Notes under the pieces: generated by a model
What the model was told of the DNA's origin: nothing
What the model saw: the letters and a program-made list of their open reading frames with translations, nothing else
Database searches by the model: none
Made by a program: the position numbers and the translations under genes
NCBI GenBank assembly: GCA_030765585.1
Contig: JAVCCJ010000057.1
Span: forward strand, 1-39,822
Length of the DNA stretch: 39,822 bases
Direction: 5' to 3'
Source: Candidatus Zapsychrus exili
Lineage (GTDB): Bacteria; Omnitrophota; Gorgyraeia; Zapsychrales; Zapsychraceae
Shown: positions 9,143 through 18,973 of the stretch, one piece after another
Position numbering within the stretch: position 1 is the stretch's first letter
Layout: each line of letters begins with the position of its first letter

Positions 9143-9814
9143 CTAGAAAACTTTAAACAAATTGCCATCAATTATTCTTTGCTCTATTCTATCTAATAAT
9201 CGTTTGGTTTTCTTTGTTATATAACTTAACTCTCCTAATATAACATTTACTCCCTCCGATGTCTTGACCAGAGACTTTGCGGTGTCTTCTAAGGCAACTG
9301 ACAAATCCTTAAAATTAATTTTACTTAACTCGTCAGATGTTTTGGTAAAAGATTCTGCAGCCTCAGAGAAAACTTCTGCCAAATCTTGAACATCCATGGG
9401 CTCTTCTCCCATAATTGGCTCATCTAAATCTAAAGGCTTGCCTTGACCGTCTACATCAATTACAACCAACTTTTCTCCTAATATTCCATCGGTCACAATA
9501 ACAAACCTAGCACTTTTGTCTAATTGATTTCTATATTCCGAGAAAATGCTAAGAGCAACTTTTACTCTTTTCCCTTTGTATTCTTCTTTTAAAAAATTAA
9601 TATGATTGACTGACCCAACAAAAACGCCAGCCAGTCTAACTGGTGCACCCTCAATCAAACCTCCTACATCACCAAACAATACCTCTACTTTAAACTTTGG
9701 CTTTATAAGACCTTGATTTTCTCCAATTGTAAAAATCACAGTAAGAATCAAGAAAAGTCCAAGTATAAAAAACATTCCCGTAAAAAACGCCTTATTAGAT
9801 CTTCTTTGTCTCAT
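9143..9814 (-). CDS. mlaD: MCE/MlaD family protein
   Basis: N-terminal TM, FGDVGGLIEGAPVRLAGVFVGSV, TDGILGEK. Confidence 0.9.
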   Translation of the reverse strand: MRQRRSNKAFFTGMFFILGLFLILTVIFTIGENQGLIKPKFKVEVLFGDVGGLIEGAPVRLAGVFVGSVNHINFLKEEYKGKRVKVALSIFSEYRNQLDKSARFVIVTDGILGEKLVVIDVDGQGKPLDLDEPIMGEEPMDVQDLAEVFSEAAESFTKTSDELSKINFKDLSVALEDTAKSLVKTSEGVNVILGELSYITKKTKRLLDRIEQRIIDGNLFKVF

Positions 9815-9838
9815 ATTATTACCTCAACATTTCCTTAT

Positions 9839-10555
9839 TTAACTAATAAACTCCTGAACAAATTTATTGTCTGAACTTTCAATTGATTCTTTTGAACCAA
9901 TAGCAGCTATTTTACCATTTTTTATTAAAATCAACCTATCTGCAATACGAAAAGAATTTTTAATGTCGTGCGATGTTATCACGCAAGCGCAATCTAATCT
10001 CTTCACTATACTTCTTATCAAATCTGAAATATCTCTGCTTCTAATAGGGTCTAATCCACTCGTGGGTTCGTCACAAAACAATATCTTTGAATCAAGAATA
10101 ATAGCACGTGCTAAACCAACGCGTTTTTTCATTCCTCCGCTTAATTCAGATGGATATTTCTTTTCAATACCCTCTAAATCAACCATTTTTAAAATACTAG
10201 ATATCTTATTTTTTATAGTCTCATTATCTAGCGAAGTATGTTCAACAAGAGGAAAAGCTAGGTTCTCAAAAACATTCATAAAATCATACAAAGCGCCTTC
10301 TTGAAAAAGATATCCTATATTTTTTCTTACCTTTAAAAGCCTCTTCTCAGATAATTTTGTTATATCTATATTATCTATATAAACACTTCCGCTATCAGGA
10401 GTAATTAGACCTATCAAATGTTTTAAAAGAACACTTTTTCCTACCCCACTCTCACCTAAGATTACAACAATTTCTCCCTTGCTAACATCAAAACTTATAT
10501 CGTCTAAAACAGTTTGATCTAAAAATCTCTTAGATAAGTTTGAAACCTTTATCAT
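9839..10555 (-). CDS. mlaF: ABC ATPase, MlaF/Mkl family
   Basis: GESGVGKS, FQEGALYD, LSGGMKKR, DEPTSGLDP. Confidence 0.92.
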   Translation of the reverse strand: MIKVSNLSKRFLDQTVLDDISFDVSKGEIVVILGESGVGKSVLLKHLIGLITPDSGSVYIDNIDITKLSEKRLLKVRKNIGYLFQEGALYDFMNVFENLAFPLVEHTSLDNETIKNKISSILKMVDLEGIEKKYPSELSGGMKKRVGLARAIILDSKILFCDEPTSGLDPIRSRDISDLIRSIVKRLDCACVITSHDIKNSFRIADRLILIKNGKIAAIGSKESIESSDNKFVQEFIS

Positions 10556-10588
10556 TATTCTTCTCTTTCTTATCGTCTAAAAAATCTT

Positions 10589-10930
10589 TTAAGGTTGCGA
10601 AGCTTTTTCAAAAAAACGAAATTTATTCTTTCCAAATTTTGTATATAGACGACTATATGGACGGACATCAGTTTTATCTGCAAAGAATTGCACACCATTA
10701 TAAACGCCCAAAATATAAACTTCAGAATCAAGCAGGCTTTCAGTACCATCATAAGGAAACCACAACTCATCTTCAAACTCAATAGGATCGCCATTTATTA
10801 TCCATACGGCTTCAGAATTTGGAACATCATAACTTTGAAATTTGCCAAAATTTCCTTTTGTGCTTTGGCACCCGACAATGAAAACTAAACAAAAAATAAT
10901 AATTATTTTCTTAAATATATTTATATGCAA
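10589..10930 (-). CDS. Hypothetical lipoprotein within the mla operon
   Basis: Signal peptide with lipobox IVGC; co-oriented between mlaE and mlaF. Confidence 0.75.
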   Translation of the reverse strand: MHINIFKKIIIIFCLVFIVGCQSTKGNFGKFQSYDVPNSEAVWIINGDPIEFEDELWFPYDGTESLLDSEVYILGVYNGVQFFADKTDVRPYSRLYTKFGKNKFRFFEKASQP

Positions 10931-10945
10931 AACATATCTCCTTCG

Positions 10946-11716
10946 CTATTGCCAAATAGTTAAAATAATTTTTGTTAAAAGAGCATTAGATAAAATTACA
11001 AAGATAATAGAAAAAGCAACGGCTCTTGTTGTAAATTTGCCTACTCCCGAAGAACCTCCTCTAGTAAAAAATCCTTGATAGCAACAAATCCATCCGATTA
11101 AAACAGAAAAGAAAAATACCTTAGCAAAACCACTTAAGAAATCTACATAACGAATGGAATTGATAGTATGACTCATATACGAAAATCCTGGGATATTTGC
11201 CTCATATACACCAATAAAATATCCACCAAATATTCCAACGACCTCTGAAATAATTGTTAAAATCGGAAGAACAAGAAAACATGCAATAAATTTTGGAGTA
11301 ACTAAATACTCCATTGGATCGACGCCTAATGTTCTAGTCGCTAATATCTGATCATTTACATTCATCGCACCTAACTCTGCCGCAATACGTGCACCAGCCT
11401 TAGCAGAGAAAATAATTGCAGTAAATACTGGGCTCATTTCACGTAGCAATGATAAAGCAACTAATTGTGCAATATACTCTTTTGCCCCTAATCTAGAGAG
11501 GACAACATAACCCTGCAAAGCAAGAACAGCACCTGATGCAAAAGAAGTAAGAATGATAATTATTACAGACTGCAGGCCTTGCTCGTAACTTTCTCTGACA
11601 ACCTCTTTAAAGCGAATTCGTCCGCTTGCAATATTTCCGAGAATCTCTCCTAAAAAACAAAGAGCGCGCCCTATTTTAGAAATAAACTCAACAATAGGAC
11701 TTTCAGGCTGCCTCAT
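10946..11716 (-). CDS. mlaE: MlaE-family ABC permease
   Basis: LLREMSPV, AAELGAM..NDQ, LGVDP..YLVTP, VGKFTTRAV. Confidence 0.93.
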   Translation of the reverse strand: MRQPESPIVEFISKIGRALCFLGEILGNIASGRIRFKEVVRESYEQGLQSVIIIILTSFASGAVLALQGYVVLSRLGAKEYIAQLVALSLLREMSPVFTAIIFSAKAGARIAAELGAMNVNDQILATRTLGVDPMEYLVTPKFIACFLVLPILTIISEVVGIFGGYFIGVYEANIPGFSYMSHTINSIRYVDFLSGFAKVFFFSVLIGWICCYQGFFTRGGSSGVGKFTTRAVAFSIIFVILSNALLTKIILTIWQ

Positions 11717-11728
11717 TATTATTCTCCA

Positions 11729-12217
11729 CTATTCATCCAACCAAATTCGTTCTAATTCAGAATTGATTTTAAACTCTACTTCCTTAGATATATTCTTTGA
11801 CTTCTCTTTATTGTTTTGAACTTTCCCTCTATCTTTAGATAAACTTTTGTTACTTCTCAAAAACTCGCTTACTTTCATTACTTTTGCACCAAGCGCGCTA
11901 ACATAATGTTGAATATCTCTATCATCTGTAACAACTACAATATTTTTCTTAAGACTTGACTCTTCTACTATTTTCTTTATCTTGTCATCTGCAGATATGC
12001 TAGACGGAAACACGACCTGAATATCTGTTTCTCTTCTGCTGCTAATACCACTCTTGCCATCAAAAATAATAGTTACATTATTTCTTGTGCTACCGCAAGG
12101 GCGTTTTGTTCTTATAAAATTAACTAAATTATTTCTCTGATCTTCAAGGCTATCTTTCGCAGAAAAATGCATTTGATTAGTTATATTATATCCGTCTAGA
12201 AGAAATTGTAGTGACAC
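11729..12217 (-). CDS. YacP/Rae1-like NYN (PIN) domain protein
   Basis: LLDGYN, IFDG, SADD and VVTDDR motifs; GTG start. Confidence 0.82.
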   Translation of the reverse strand: MSLQFLLDGYNITNQMHFSAKDSLEDQRNNLVNFIRTKRPCGSTRNNVTIIFDGKSGISSRRETDIQVVFPSSISADDKIKKIVEESSLKKNIVVVTDDRDIQHYVSALGAKVMKVSEFLRSNKSLSKDRGKVQNNKEKSKNISKEVEFKINSELERIWLDE

Positions 12218-12259
12218 GAGAAAATTACCTCCAATAATTTAGAATAGTTTCGAAGTACT

Positions 12260-13216
12260 CTAAGAGTCTTTCTTAAAGCTTCCTAGGGCATAAATGATTC
12301 CACCTATAATACCAACAATTACCATAAACAAAAAGTTGACCAAAGAGATACTTACGGCTATTCCCGACTCGACACCAATCTTAGCAAACAAGAAAGCAGC
12401 TCCTGCCTCTCTTGCTCCAAGCCCACCAATAGAAGGCAATGCTCCGGCTACGCAAATCAAAGGAACAAATATAAGAAAATAAATAATGTTTATATCTTGG
12501 TGCAAAGCCTTTGCTGTTAAATAAAAGGTAAAAGAAAAAATTACCTGACAAAGGCAAGAAAGCGCAATGGCCTTCCACCCTTCTCTTTTTTTATTCTTAA
12601 GCAAAGCGATATCGTAATGTAATTCCATAAGATTATTCTTTATCTTTGGAAATTTATTAAATATCTTACAAGCAAAAGAATAAGCTCTTTCATTAAATAA
12701 AACCGTTATAAATCCAAAAAATACAATACCTAATATAACTATAGGAAATAAAAGTGTTTTGTCGTCAATAACATTATACCCTAAAGTAAATGCGGTAATG
12801 GCAACCAAAACAATTGCAATAAAACCGCTTAAACGATCAAGTAAAACAGATGCAACAACCGTTGGTTTTTTATCACTGTTTTTGCAGAGTCCTATTATTT
12901 TTATAAGGTCTCCTCCAATGGCGCTCGGAAGAAAAAGGTTCCCAAATAATCCTGCAAGAAAATATCTCGTAACACTTGATAATTTCACCGACAAATCAAG
13001 CGCTCTAATATAAATTACCCACCTATAAAGTAGAAATACATTTATAAATAAAAAGACTATGCCTGCATATAATATATAAATCATATTAGCTGACTTAATA
13101 ACATTTATTGTGCCTTCGATATCTATTTGCTTAAACAAATAAAATAAAAGTAAAGCACTGCACGCAATGCGCATAAAAAAAGATAAAACATTTTTTGTTT
13201 TTTCACCCAGCTGCAT
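12260..13216 (-). CDS. Lysylphosphatidylglycerol synthase TM / flippase-like protein (UPF0104)
   Basis: RW, FGNLFLPSAIGGD, LLDR, PSIGGLGARE; start moved to MQLG. Confidence 0.85.
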   Translation of the reverse strand: MQLGEKTKNVLSFFMRIACSALLLFYLFKQIDIEGTINVIKSANMIYILYAGIVFLFINVFLLYRWVIYIRALDLSVKLSSVTRYFLAGLFGNLFLPSAIGGDLIKIIGLCKNSDKKPTVVASVLLDRLSGFIAIVLVAITAFTLGYNVIDDKTLLFPIVILGIVFFGFITVLFNERAYSFACKIFNKFPKIKNNLMELHYDIALLKNKKREGWKAIALSCLCQVIFSFTFYLTAKALHQDINIIYFLIFVPLICVAGALPSIGGLGAREAGAAFLFAKIGVESGIAVSISLVNFLFMVIVGIIGGIIYALGSFKKDS

Positions 13217-13285
13217 AAAATATCTCCATGTTTTATAAGTAACCAGTTGCCAGCTAACAGTGGCAAGCAAAGAACATTACACTAG

Positions 13286-14176
13286 TTACTTGTTACTGAT
13301 TGCTGTTAAATAAGATTCTTCTGCCATAAAAGAGCTCCTTACCAAGGGTCCGCTTACAACAGACTTAAATCCCATCCTCAATCCTTCTTCTCTGTACAAA
13401 TCAAATTCTTCTGGCGAAACAAAACGATTAACCCTTACGTGTCTTTCTGTCTTGCTTGGCGCGAGATATTGTCCAATAGATAAAATATCGCAACCAACAC
13501 CTAGCAAATCTTTCAGCAAACTAAAGACTTCATCCTGAGTTTCACCCAGCCCAACCATAAAACTAGACTTAACAGAATAGTCAGAAGATGCTTCTTTCAA
13601 AGCTCTTAAAACATCTAGTGAGCGATGATATTCTGCTTGTGACCTAACGCTCGAAAATATTCTTTCTACGGTTTCTATATTGTGTCCAATAACATCTGCC
13701 TGTGTTTTTGACACCACCTCTAAACTTGTCTTGTTGCCAAGAAAGTCCGGAATTAATATCTCCACTTTAGCCTCTGGCAAAAGAGATTTAATTGCCAACA
13801 CTGTTCTCTTAAACTGGCTAGCACCTCCGTCATCAAGATCATCCCTTGTCACAGACGTTACAACAACGTACGACAGCTTTAATCTCTTAGATGCTAATGC
13901 AACATTATTAGGTTCATCTAAATCAATAGGTAACGGCTCACCTGAAACAACTCCGCAAAATCTGCAACAACGACTGCAAACATCTCCTAAAATCATAAAA
14001 GTAGCTGTGCCACGCTCCCAGCAATTTCCTGAGTTTGGACAACTAGCGCTCTTGCAAACGGTGTTAATGTTTAAATCTTTTAAAATATCATCAACCCAAT
14101 CAATCTTGGATTTCTTAGGAATTCTTTGCTTAAACCAACTTGGTAGGACTAAATTGTCTAAATTACCTAAAGACAC
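13286..14176 (-). CDS. lipA: Lipoyl synthase
   Basis: CX4CX5C (CKSASCPNSGNC), CX3CX2C, TSVTRDDL, HNIETV, VRSSF. Confidence 0.96.
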   Translation of the reverse strand: MSLGNLDNLVLPSWFKQRIPKKSKIDWVDDILKDLNINTVCKSASCPNSGNCWERGTATFMILGDVCSRCCRFCGVVSGEPLPIDLDEPNNVALASKRLKLSYVVVTSVTRDDLDDGGASQFKRTVLAIKSLLPEAKVEILIPDFLGNKTSLEVVSKTQADVIGHNIETVERIFSSVRSQAEYHRSLDVLRALKEASSDYSVKSSFMVGLGETQDEVFSLLKDLLGVGCDILSIGQYLAPSKTERHVRVNRFVSPEEFDLYREEGLRMGFKSVVSGPLVRSSFMAEESYLTAISNK

Positions 14177-14680
14177 TTAAGACTTTACCTTTTTATGAAT
14201 AGCATTAAGCTGTTCTTTAAATTTTATTTCTTCTTCTTTTGTAGCGTAATCAACAATGAGTTTGCCGTCCAAATGGTCTAGTTCGTGCATAAATGCTCTT
14301 GCCAAAAGATCATCAAAACTTTTCTGCAAAACCTCTGAAGACAAATCTAAATATTTAACAAGAATTTTCTTAGGGCGAGTTATATTAATTTCTACACCCG
14401 GAACGCTTAAACATCCCTCTTCAAGACATTCTGATCCAGTTGCTTTTATCATCTCAGGATTAATAAACACAAGAGGTCCGTCTCCAATATCAATAACAAA
14501 GATTCGTTTATTAATTCCAATTTGAGACGCAGCTAGCCCAACACCACCCTCGTTGTACATAGTTTCTATCATTAAACTAACGAGTATGCGCTCAGAAGGG
14601 CCAATCTCATCTACTGCAGTAGATTTTACTCTTAGGCAAGGATCTCCATCAAGCCTGACTTTTAATTTTGTTTTTGTCAT
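14177..14680 (-). CDS. def: Peptide deformylase
   Basis: GVGLAASQIG, EGCLS and HELDH all intact. Confidence 0.95.
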   Translation of the reverse strand: MTKTKLKVRLDGDPCLRVKSTAVDEIGPSERILVSLMIETMYNEGGVGLAASQIGINKRIFVIDIGDGPLVFINPEMIKATGSECLEEGCLSVPGVEINITRPKKILVKYLDLSSEVLQKSFDDLLARAFMHELDHLDGKLIVDYATKEEEIKFKEQLNAIHKKVKS

Positions 14681-15005
14681 CTAAATGAATAATTTTAGGT
14701 TTAATATCAACAGCCTCTTTTGGGTCAACTAAACAATAACTTAAGATTATAATTTGATCTCCAACAAGACCTTGACGTGCGGCAGGACCGTTAAGACAGA
14801 TCTGACCTGACCCTGACTTACCGGCAATTGTATAAGTTTGGAATCTGTTTCCATTATTTATATTTAAAACTTCTACTTTTTCTCCTGGGATTATTCCAAC
14901 TGCGGCAAGCAAAGTCTCGTCGACAGTTATGCTTCCTTCGTAAAGAAGTTCTGACTCTGTTATAAACCCATGAGCTATTTTTGATTTACAAAATTGTATT
15001 AACAT
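14649..15005 (-). CDS. panD: Aspartate 1-decarboxylase
   Basis: YEG/SIT self-cleavage site at G24-S25, NGNRFQTY, CLNGPAAR. Confidence 0.95.
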   Translation of the reverse strand: MLIQFCKSKIAHGFITESELLYEGSITVDETLLAAVGIIPGEKVEVLNINNGNRFQTYTIAGKSGSGQICLNGPAARQGLVGDQIIILSYCLVDPKEAVDIKPKIIHLDDKNKIKSQA

Positions 15006-15036
15006 AATATGTATCTCTTTTTATTAACTTCCTTGA

Positions 15037-15357
15037 TTACAAAATTGTATTTATCTTGTCAATAAGCTGATCTTTGGATACAGCTCCAACTACTTGGTCT
15101 ACAGGAACCCCACCTTTAAAAATAATAAGCGTAGGTATAGACATTACATTAAAATTAGATGCTAGACCTTGTGCATCATCAATATTTATTTTTGCAACCT
15201 TTGCTTTTCCTTCTAATTCGACAGATACCTCTTCAATTATAGGACTGATCATTTTGCACGGTCCGCACCATTCTGCCCAAAAATCTACCAATACAGGTAA
15301 ATCTGATTTAACTATCTCTGCTTCAAAATTTGCATCTGTTACGTGTACTACCGCCAT
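15037..15357 (-). CDS. trxA: Thioredoxin
   Basis: DFWAEWCGPC, SIPT. Confidence 0.97.
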   Translation of the reverse strand: MAVVHVTDANFEAEIVKSDLPVLVDFWAEWCGPCKMISPIIEEVSVELEGKAKVAKINIDDAQGLASNFNVMSIPTLIIFKGGVPVDQVVGAVSKDQLIDKINTIL

Positions 15358-15419
15358 AAAGCCTCCTTATTAAAAACATATTTATGGTTTGTTAATCAAG
15401 CTTGAATGTTTGTGGGGGT

Positions 15420-15448
15420 ATTATATATATAGTCTTCTTTTATATCAA
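15420..15448 (-). promoter_or_regulatory. Putative sigma70 promoter of the trxA-panD-def-lipA operon
   Basis: Minus strand TTGATA-17 bp-TATAAT. Confidence 0.5.
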
Positions 15449-15473
15449 GTAAGATTTTATTTTAAACAATTTG

Positions 15474-16688
15474 TCAATATTGGCGCCAAAGGGTTGGCAT
15501 TCCGCCCAAATCTCCTAGAAATATGTTACGAGATAGCCCAACTACCATATAAATTAAAAACAAAATATAAAGAAAATAAATAATCCTATAAAGATATATA
15601 TTAATATTTTTTAATTTTTGTATGCCATCAATAGTTAAGTACAAAACAACTGGTGCAAAAAATAATGAAGTCCTTGGCACAGTAAAAGGATATTTCTTTA
15701 AAACACCCAATATAAACAATTCAATAAAAAGAACAAAACCAATTGTCTTGACCGACTTTAAATAATAATCTTCTCTTTTAATGTTTGTAAAAAAGCTATG
15801 AAACAGATTAACAAAACCTATCACAACAAAACATCTTACAACAGACTTTATGTACCTTGGCTTCTCAGCAAAGAATCTTGAGAAAAGATTGCTTATCCCC
15901 TCTCCAAAACTTGAAAGAAACGCTCGTGCGGATTTAAAGGAAACAAAATAATCTCCCCATCCGCTTGTAAGCACGGCTGTGTCACGCAACCTCATATCAA
16001 AGAAATAGGAGGTTAAAAACACGACTATAAAAGATGCCAAATATATAAAAACAAATTTGACATTATCTTTATCCTTCTTGCTGTCGAGAACCAAATTATA
16101 AAGTGGAATCATCATAAACATAAAAGAAGGATATGAAAACAATCCTAAAAACGGCAAGAGTATTAAACACGCAACATAGCGGATTTTGTCATGTTTAATA
16201 TTGTCCTGATTATACAAAAACAATAAATACACCGCCGCAACCAAAACATCTAGAGAATACTGCTTTAATTCTGCCGAATAATATATAAGAAGTCCTGACG
16301 CTGCCCACGACAATGTAAATATAAAACGCTCTCTGATATCTTTTATCTCGTTCTTCGCTATTTTCTGCCAAGCAAAGAATGCTAAAAGCATAAAAACAAA
16401 AGATAAAAACCGTAAAGACAAAAGATGATACCCGAAGGGACTAGAGACTTTTTGTATAACAAATAAATAGGCCCTCGGAAAAACCTGAAATGACTTTAGC
16501 GGAACACTAAAAACTTCTTTTGTACTTAAAGATTTTACATTATCAAATATGCAGGCCTCATCATTCCATAAAGGTCTTTGATTAAAATAATGCGTAAAGC
16601 AAAGAAGCGCATACAAGCCTATCGCACACAAAATACAAACAGACAGGAATTTCTTAGATCCAATAGTTTTAAATAATCGTTTTATCAT
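15474..16688 (-). CDS. Multi-pass membrane protein, GT-C/PMT-like
   Basis: RPLWNDE, LSLRFLS, YYSAELKQYSLD, KYPF motifs; start after GGAGG RBS. Confidence 0.7.
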   Translation of the reverse strand: MIKRLFKTIGSKKFLSVCILCAIGLYALLCFTHYFNQRPLWNDEACIFDNVKSLSTKEVFSVPLKSFQVFPRAYLFVIQKVSSPFGYHLLSLRFLSFVFMLLAFFAWQKIAKNEIKDIRERFIFTLSWAASGLLIYYSAELKQYSLDVLVAAVYLLFLYNQDNIKHDKIRYVACLILLPFLGLFSYPSFMFMMIPLYNLVLDSKKDKDNVKFVFIYLASFIVVFLTSYFFDMRLRDTAVLTSGWGDYFVSFKSARAFLSSFGEGISNLFSRFFAEKPRYIKSVVRCFVVIGFVNLFHSFFTNIKREDYYLKSVKTIGFVLFIELFILGVLKKYPFTVPRTSLFFAPVVLYLTIDGIQKLKNINIYLYRIIYFLYILFLIYMVVGLSRNIFLGDLGGMPTLWRQY

Positions 16689-16910
16689 ATCTCCTCCATT
16701 ATATCTTATTATCAAATTCTAGGTAATTTACGCACACTTAACAAGTAAAAAGTTGACTTTAGAGGGCCCTTCCTATTTAAGCTAGTAAATATATTGTAAA
16801 TTAACAAAATACAACTAAAATATAAATATATCAAAAAAATTAAGGAATGACCCTATAATCGGGTTCTTTCTTTTATAAATTAATTAAGAAAGAACTAAAA
16901 TTAATATCAT

Positions 16911-17855
16911 ATGAAAATCCTACACATTGGAGACATAGCCTTTATTTCATACTCTTTATGCCAAGAGCTACAATCACGCGGCATTGAGACTACTCTTCTA
17001 TCAAAGAAAAAGCTAGATTTCAATCAAACAAAAAACAAAAACTGGATACTATCCTCTAAAAATAAAATAGATGAGCTTAAACTGTGCAACGTAGACTTAA
17101 AGACTTTTGATGTAATACACAGCCACTATCTTCTTAATTTAGGATCAATCGCGCTCGCCGTTCAAAACCCCAAAAAACCTATTATATTACATGCTCACGG
17201 ATGCGACACCAGACCCATCTCTTTTATACACAAGCTTGTTCAGCGATTTGTAGCATCTAAAGCAAAGGTCCTTTTGTACAGCACTCCAGACTTAAAAAAG
17301 AATATGGAGTGGTTTAAGGGAGAGAAAATATACCTGCCTAACCCAATAGATATTCCCTCTGATAAACCAGAGACAAAAAAACATAAGAACAAAATATTAA
17401 TATTTACAACACTCTATAAAATAAAAGAAATTGAGAAAATATTCTTAGAAGTAGAAAATCTAAACTTTAACTTTGACATAATAGATGATGGCCCTGACGC
17501 CGACTATTATAAAGGTATAGCCCCCGCGAACATAAGCTTCATTAAGCCTTTTAAGAAAGACGACGTAAACCAAGAGCTCTTAAAATACCAACTTATTATA
17601 GGTGGAAGTCAAGACGGCACTATAAGAGTATGCGAACTAGAGTCTATGGCGCTAGGCATACCAACTCTTTTTCCATTTGCTTACAATGATAGCTACGCAG
17701 AACCCCTTCCCATGCCAGAAACAAATGAAGAAAATATTTTAAAATGTTTTGGAGATTACGATCTCGGAGAGAAACAAAAAATATGGGTTTCTAAATACCA
17801 TGCTACTGAAATATCCGTCAATAAACTTCTTAATATCTATTCTAAATATCAATAA
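16911..17855 (+). CDS. GT4-like (GT-B) glycosyltransferase
   Basis: MKILHIG, DVIHSH, HAHGCD, YLPNPID, ELESMALGIP. Confidence 0.82.
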   Translation: MKILHIGDIAFISYSLCQELQSRGIETTLLSKKKLDFNQTKNKNWILSSKNKIDELKLCNVDLKTFDVIHSHYLLNLGSIALAVQNPKKPIILHAHGCDTRPISFIHKLVQRFVASKAKVLLYSTPDLKKNMEWFKGEKIYLPNPIDIPSDKPETKKHKNKILIFTTLYKIKEIEKIFLEVENLNFNFDIIDDGPDADYYKGIAPANISFIKPFKKDDVNQELLKYQLIIGGSQDGTIRVCELESMALGIPTLFPFAYNDSYAEPLPMPETNEENILKCFGDYDLGEKQKIWVSKYHATEISVNKLLNIYSKYQ

Positions 17856-17860
17856 ACCAC

Positions 17861-17892
17861 AAACCAACACCCGGTGTTGGTTTAGGTGTTGG
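17861..17892. repeat. REP-like palindrome between convergent genes
   Basis: AAACCAACACC-C-GGTGTTGGTTT perfect 11-bp arms, plus an extra GGTGTTGG half-site. Confidence 0.6.
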
Positions 17893-17893
17893 C

Positions 17894-18952
17894 TTACTGA
17901 TTCACCACACAATCTTTTTTTGATTTAAGCACAATCAAGTCTAGAACATCTTTAACTAAAATAACATCCATACATTGTCCTACACGAAATTTTGTAATTT
18001 TTTCGCAAGGATTGTTTCCAGGATAACAAGGAGCACAATCGAGTGATGTCTCAGAACGCAAAACATTTTCTTTATGATAATATGGATAAATATAATCGCT
18101 ATGTGTTGCGCCATACAAACTAATAGACTGACGCCCGCTACAACTAGCTAAGTGCAAAAGTCCAGTATCAGACCCAACAACAACATGGCAACACAAAATT
18201 AGATCCAACGCTTGTCTTAATGTAACATCGTCGATAATTGTTATTTTAGGCGAAAGATTTTTGATTACAAAAGATGCAAATGAATCATTGCAACTCTTGC
18301 TAAAGCTAACTATTCTTAATCCATGCTTATCTGTTAACTCTTCTGCCAATTCATTCCACTTATTAACAGGCCAATTTTTCAAGGGCCAAGCAGCAGCAGG
18401 TATAATCCCGATAATTTTCTCTGTTGACTCTATCCCTTTAGATTTCAGAAAGTCAATTGAATAAAATTCGTTATTCTTTTTATACGTATAAAAAGAATAT
18501 TTCTCTGCAACAGGTATTGCTTTGGAGCGCAAAAAATCTAAATATATAGATGCAATATGCCTCGACTCTTTAACGATTTTATTCCTTGTCAAATAATTCT
18601 GTATGCTCCAAATAGACGTCACCCCTAAAAAAACATACATAAGCGTACTCTTAAGCACCACAACAAGATCAAATCTTTCTTTTATCAGTTTAAAAATAAG
18701 AAACGTTCTAAAAAACTTTTCGTTCTTTCTTACCTTATCCATAGTTATTACATCATCTACCCCTGCACACGCTTGGACAATATCACGAGCTCTAATAGAA
18801 GTTAAAAATGTAATTTTTGCATTAGGAAATTTCTCACGAAGAGGCTGTAAAAACATAAGGTCATAACAAACATCTCCGATGTTAGAATGACCCAAAATTA
18901 AAATCTTCTTATATTCTTTTTGCTTTTTCTTTTTAATCCAACTAAATTGCAT
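17894..18952 (-). CDS. GT9 glycosyltransferase (heptosyltransferase-like)
   Basis: SNIGD, KNWP, GSDTGLLHLA, LYGAT, C-terminal CAPC. Confidence 0.9.
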   Translation of the reverse strand: MQFSWIKKKKQKEYKKILILGHSNIGDVCYDLMFLQPLREKFPNAKITFLTSIRARDIVQACAGVDDVITMDKVRKNEKFFRTFLIFKLIKERFDLVVVLKSTLMYVFLGVTSIWSIQNYLTRNKIVKESRHIASIYLDFLRSKAIPVAEKYSFYTYKKNNEFYSIDFLKSKGIESTEKIIGIIPAAAWPLKNWPVNKWNELAEELTDKHGLRIVSFSKSCNDSFASFVIKNLSPKITIIDDVTLRQALDLILCCHVVVGSDTGLLHLASCSGRQSISLYGATHSDYIYPYYHKENVLRSETSLDCAPCYPGNNPCEKITKFRVGQCMDVILVKDVLDLIVLKSKKDCVVNQ

Positions 18953-18973
18953 ACATTCCTAATCTCTTTCTCA

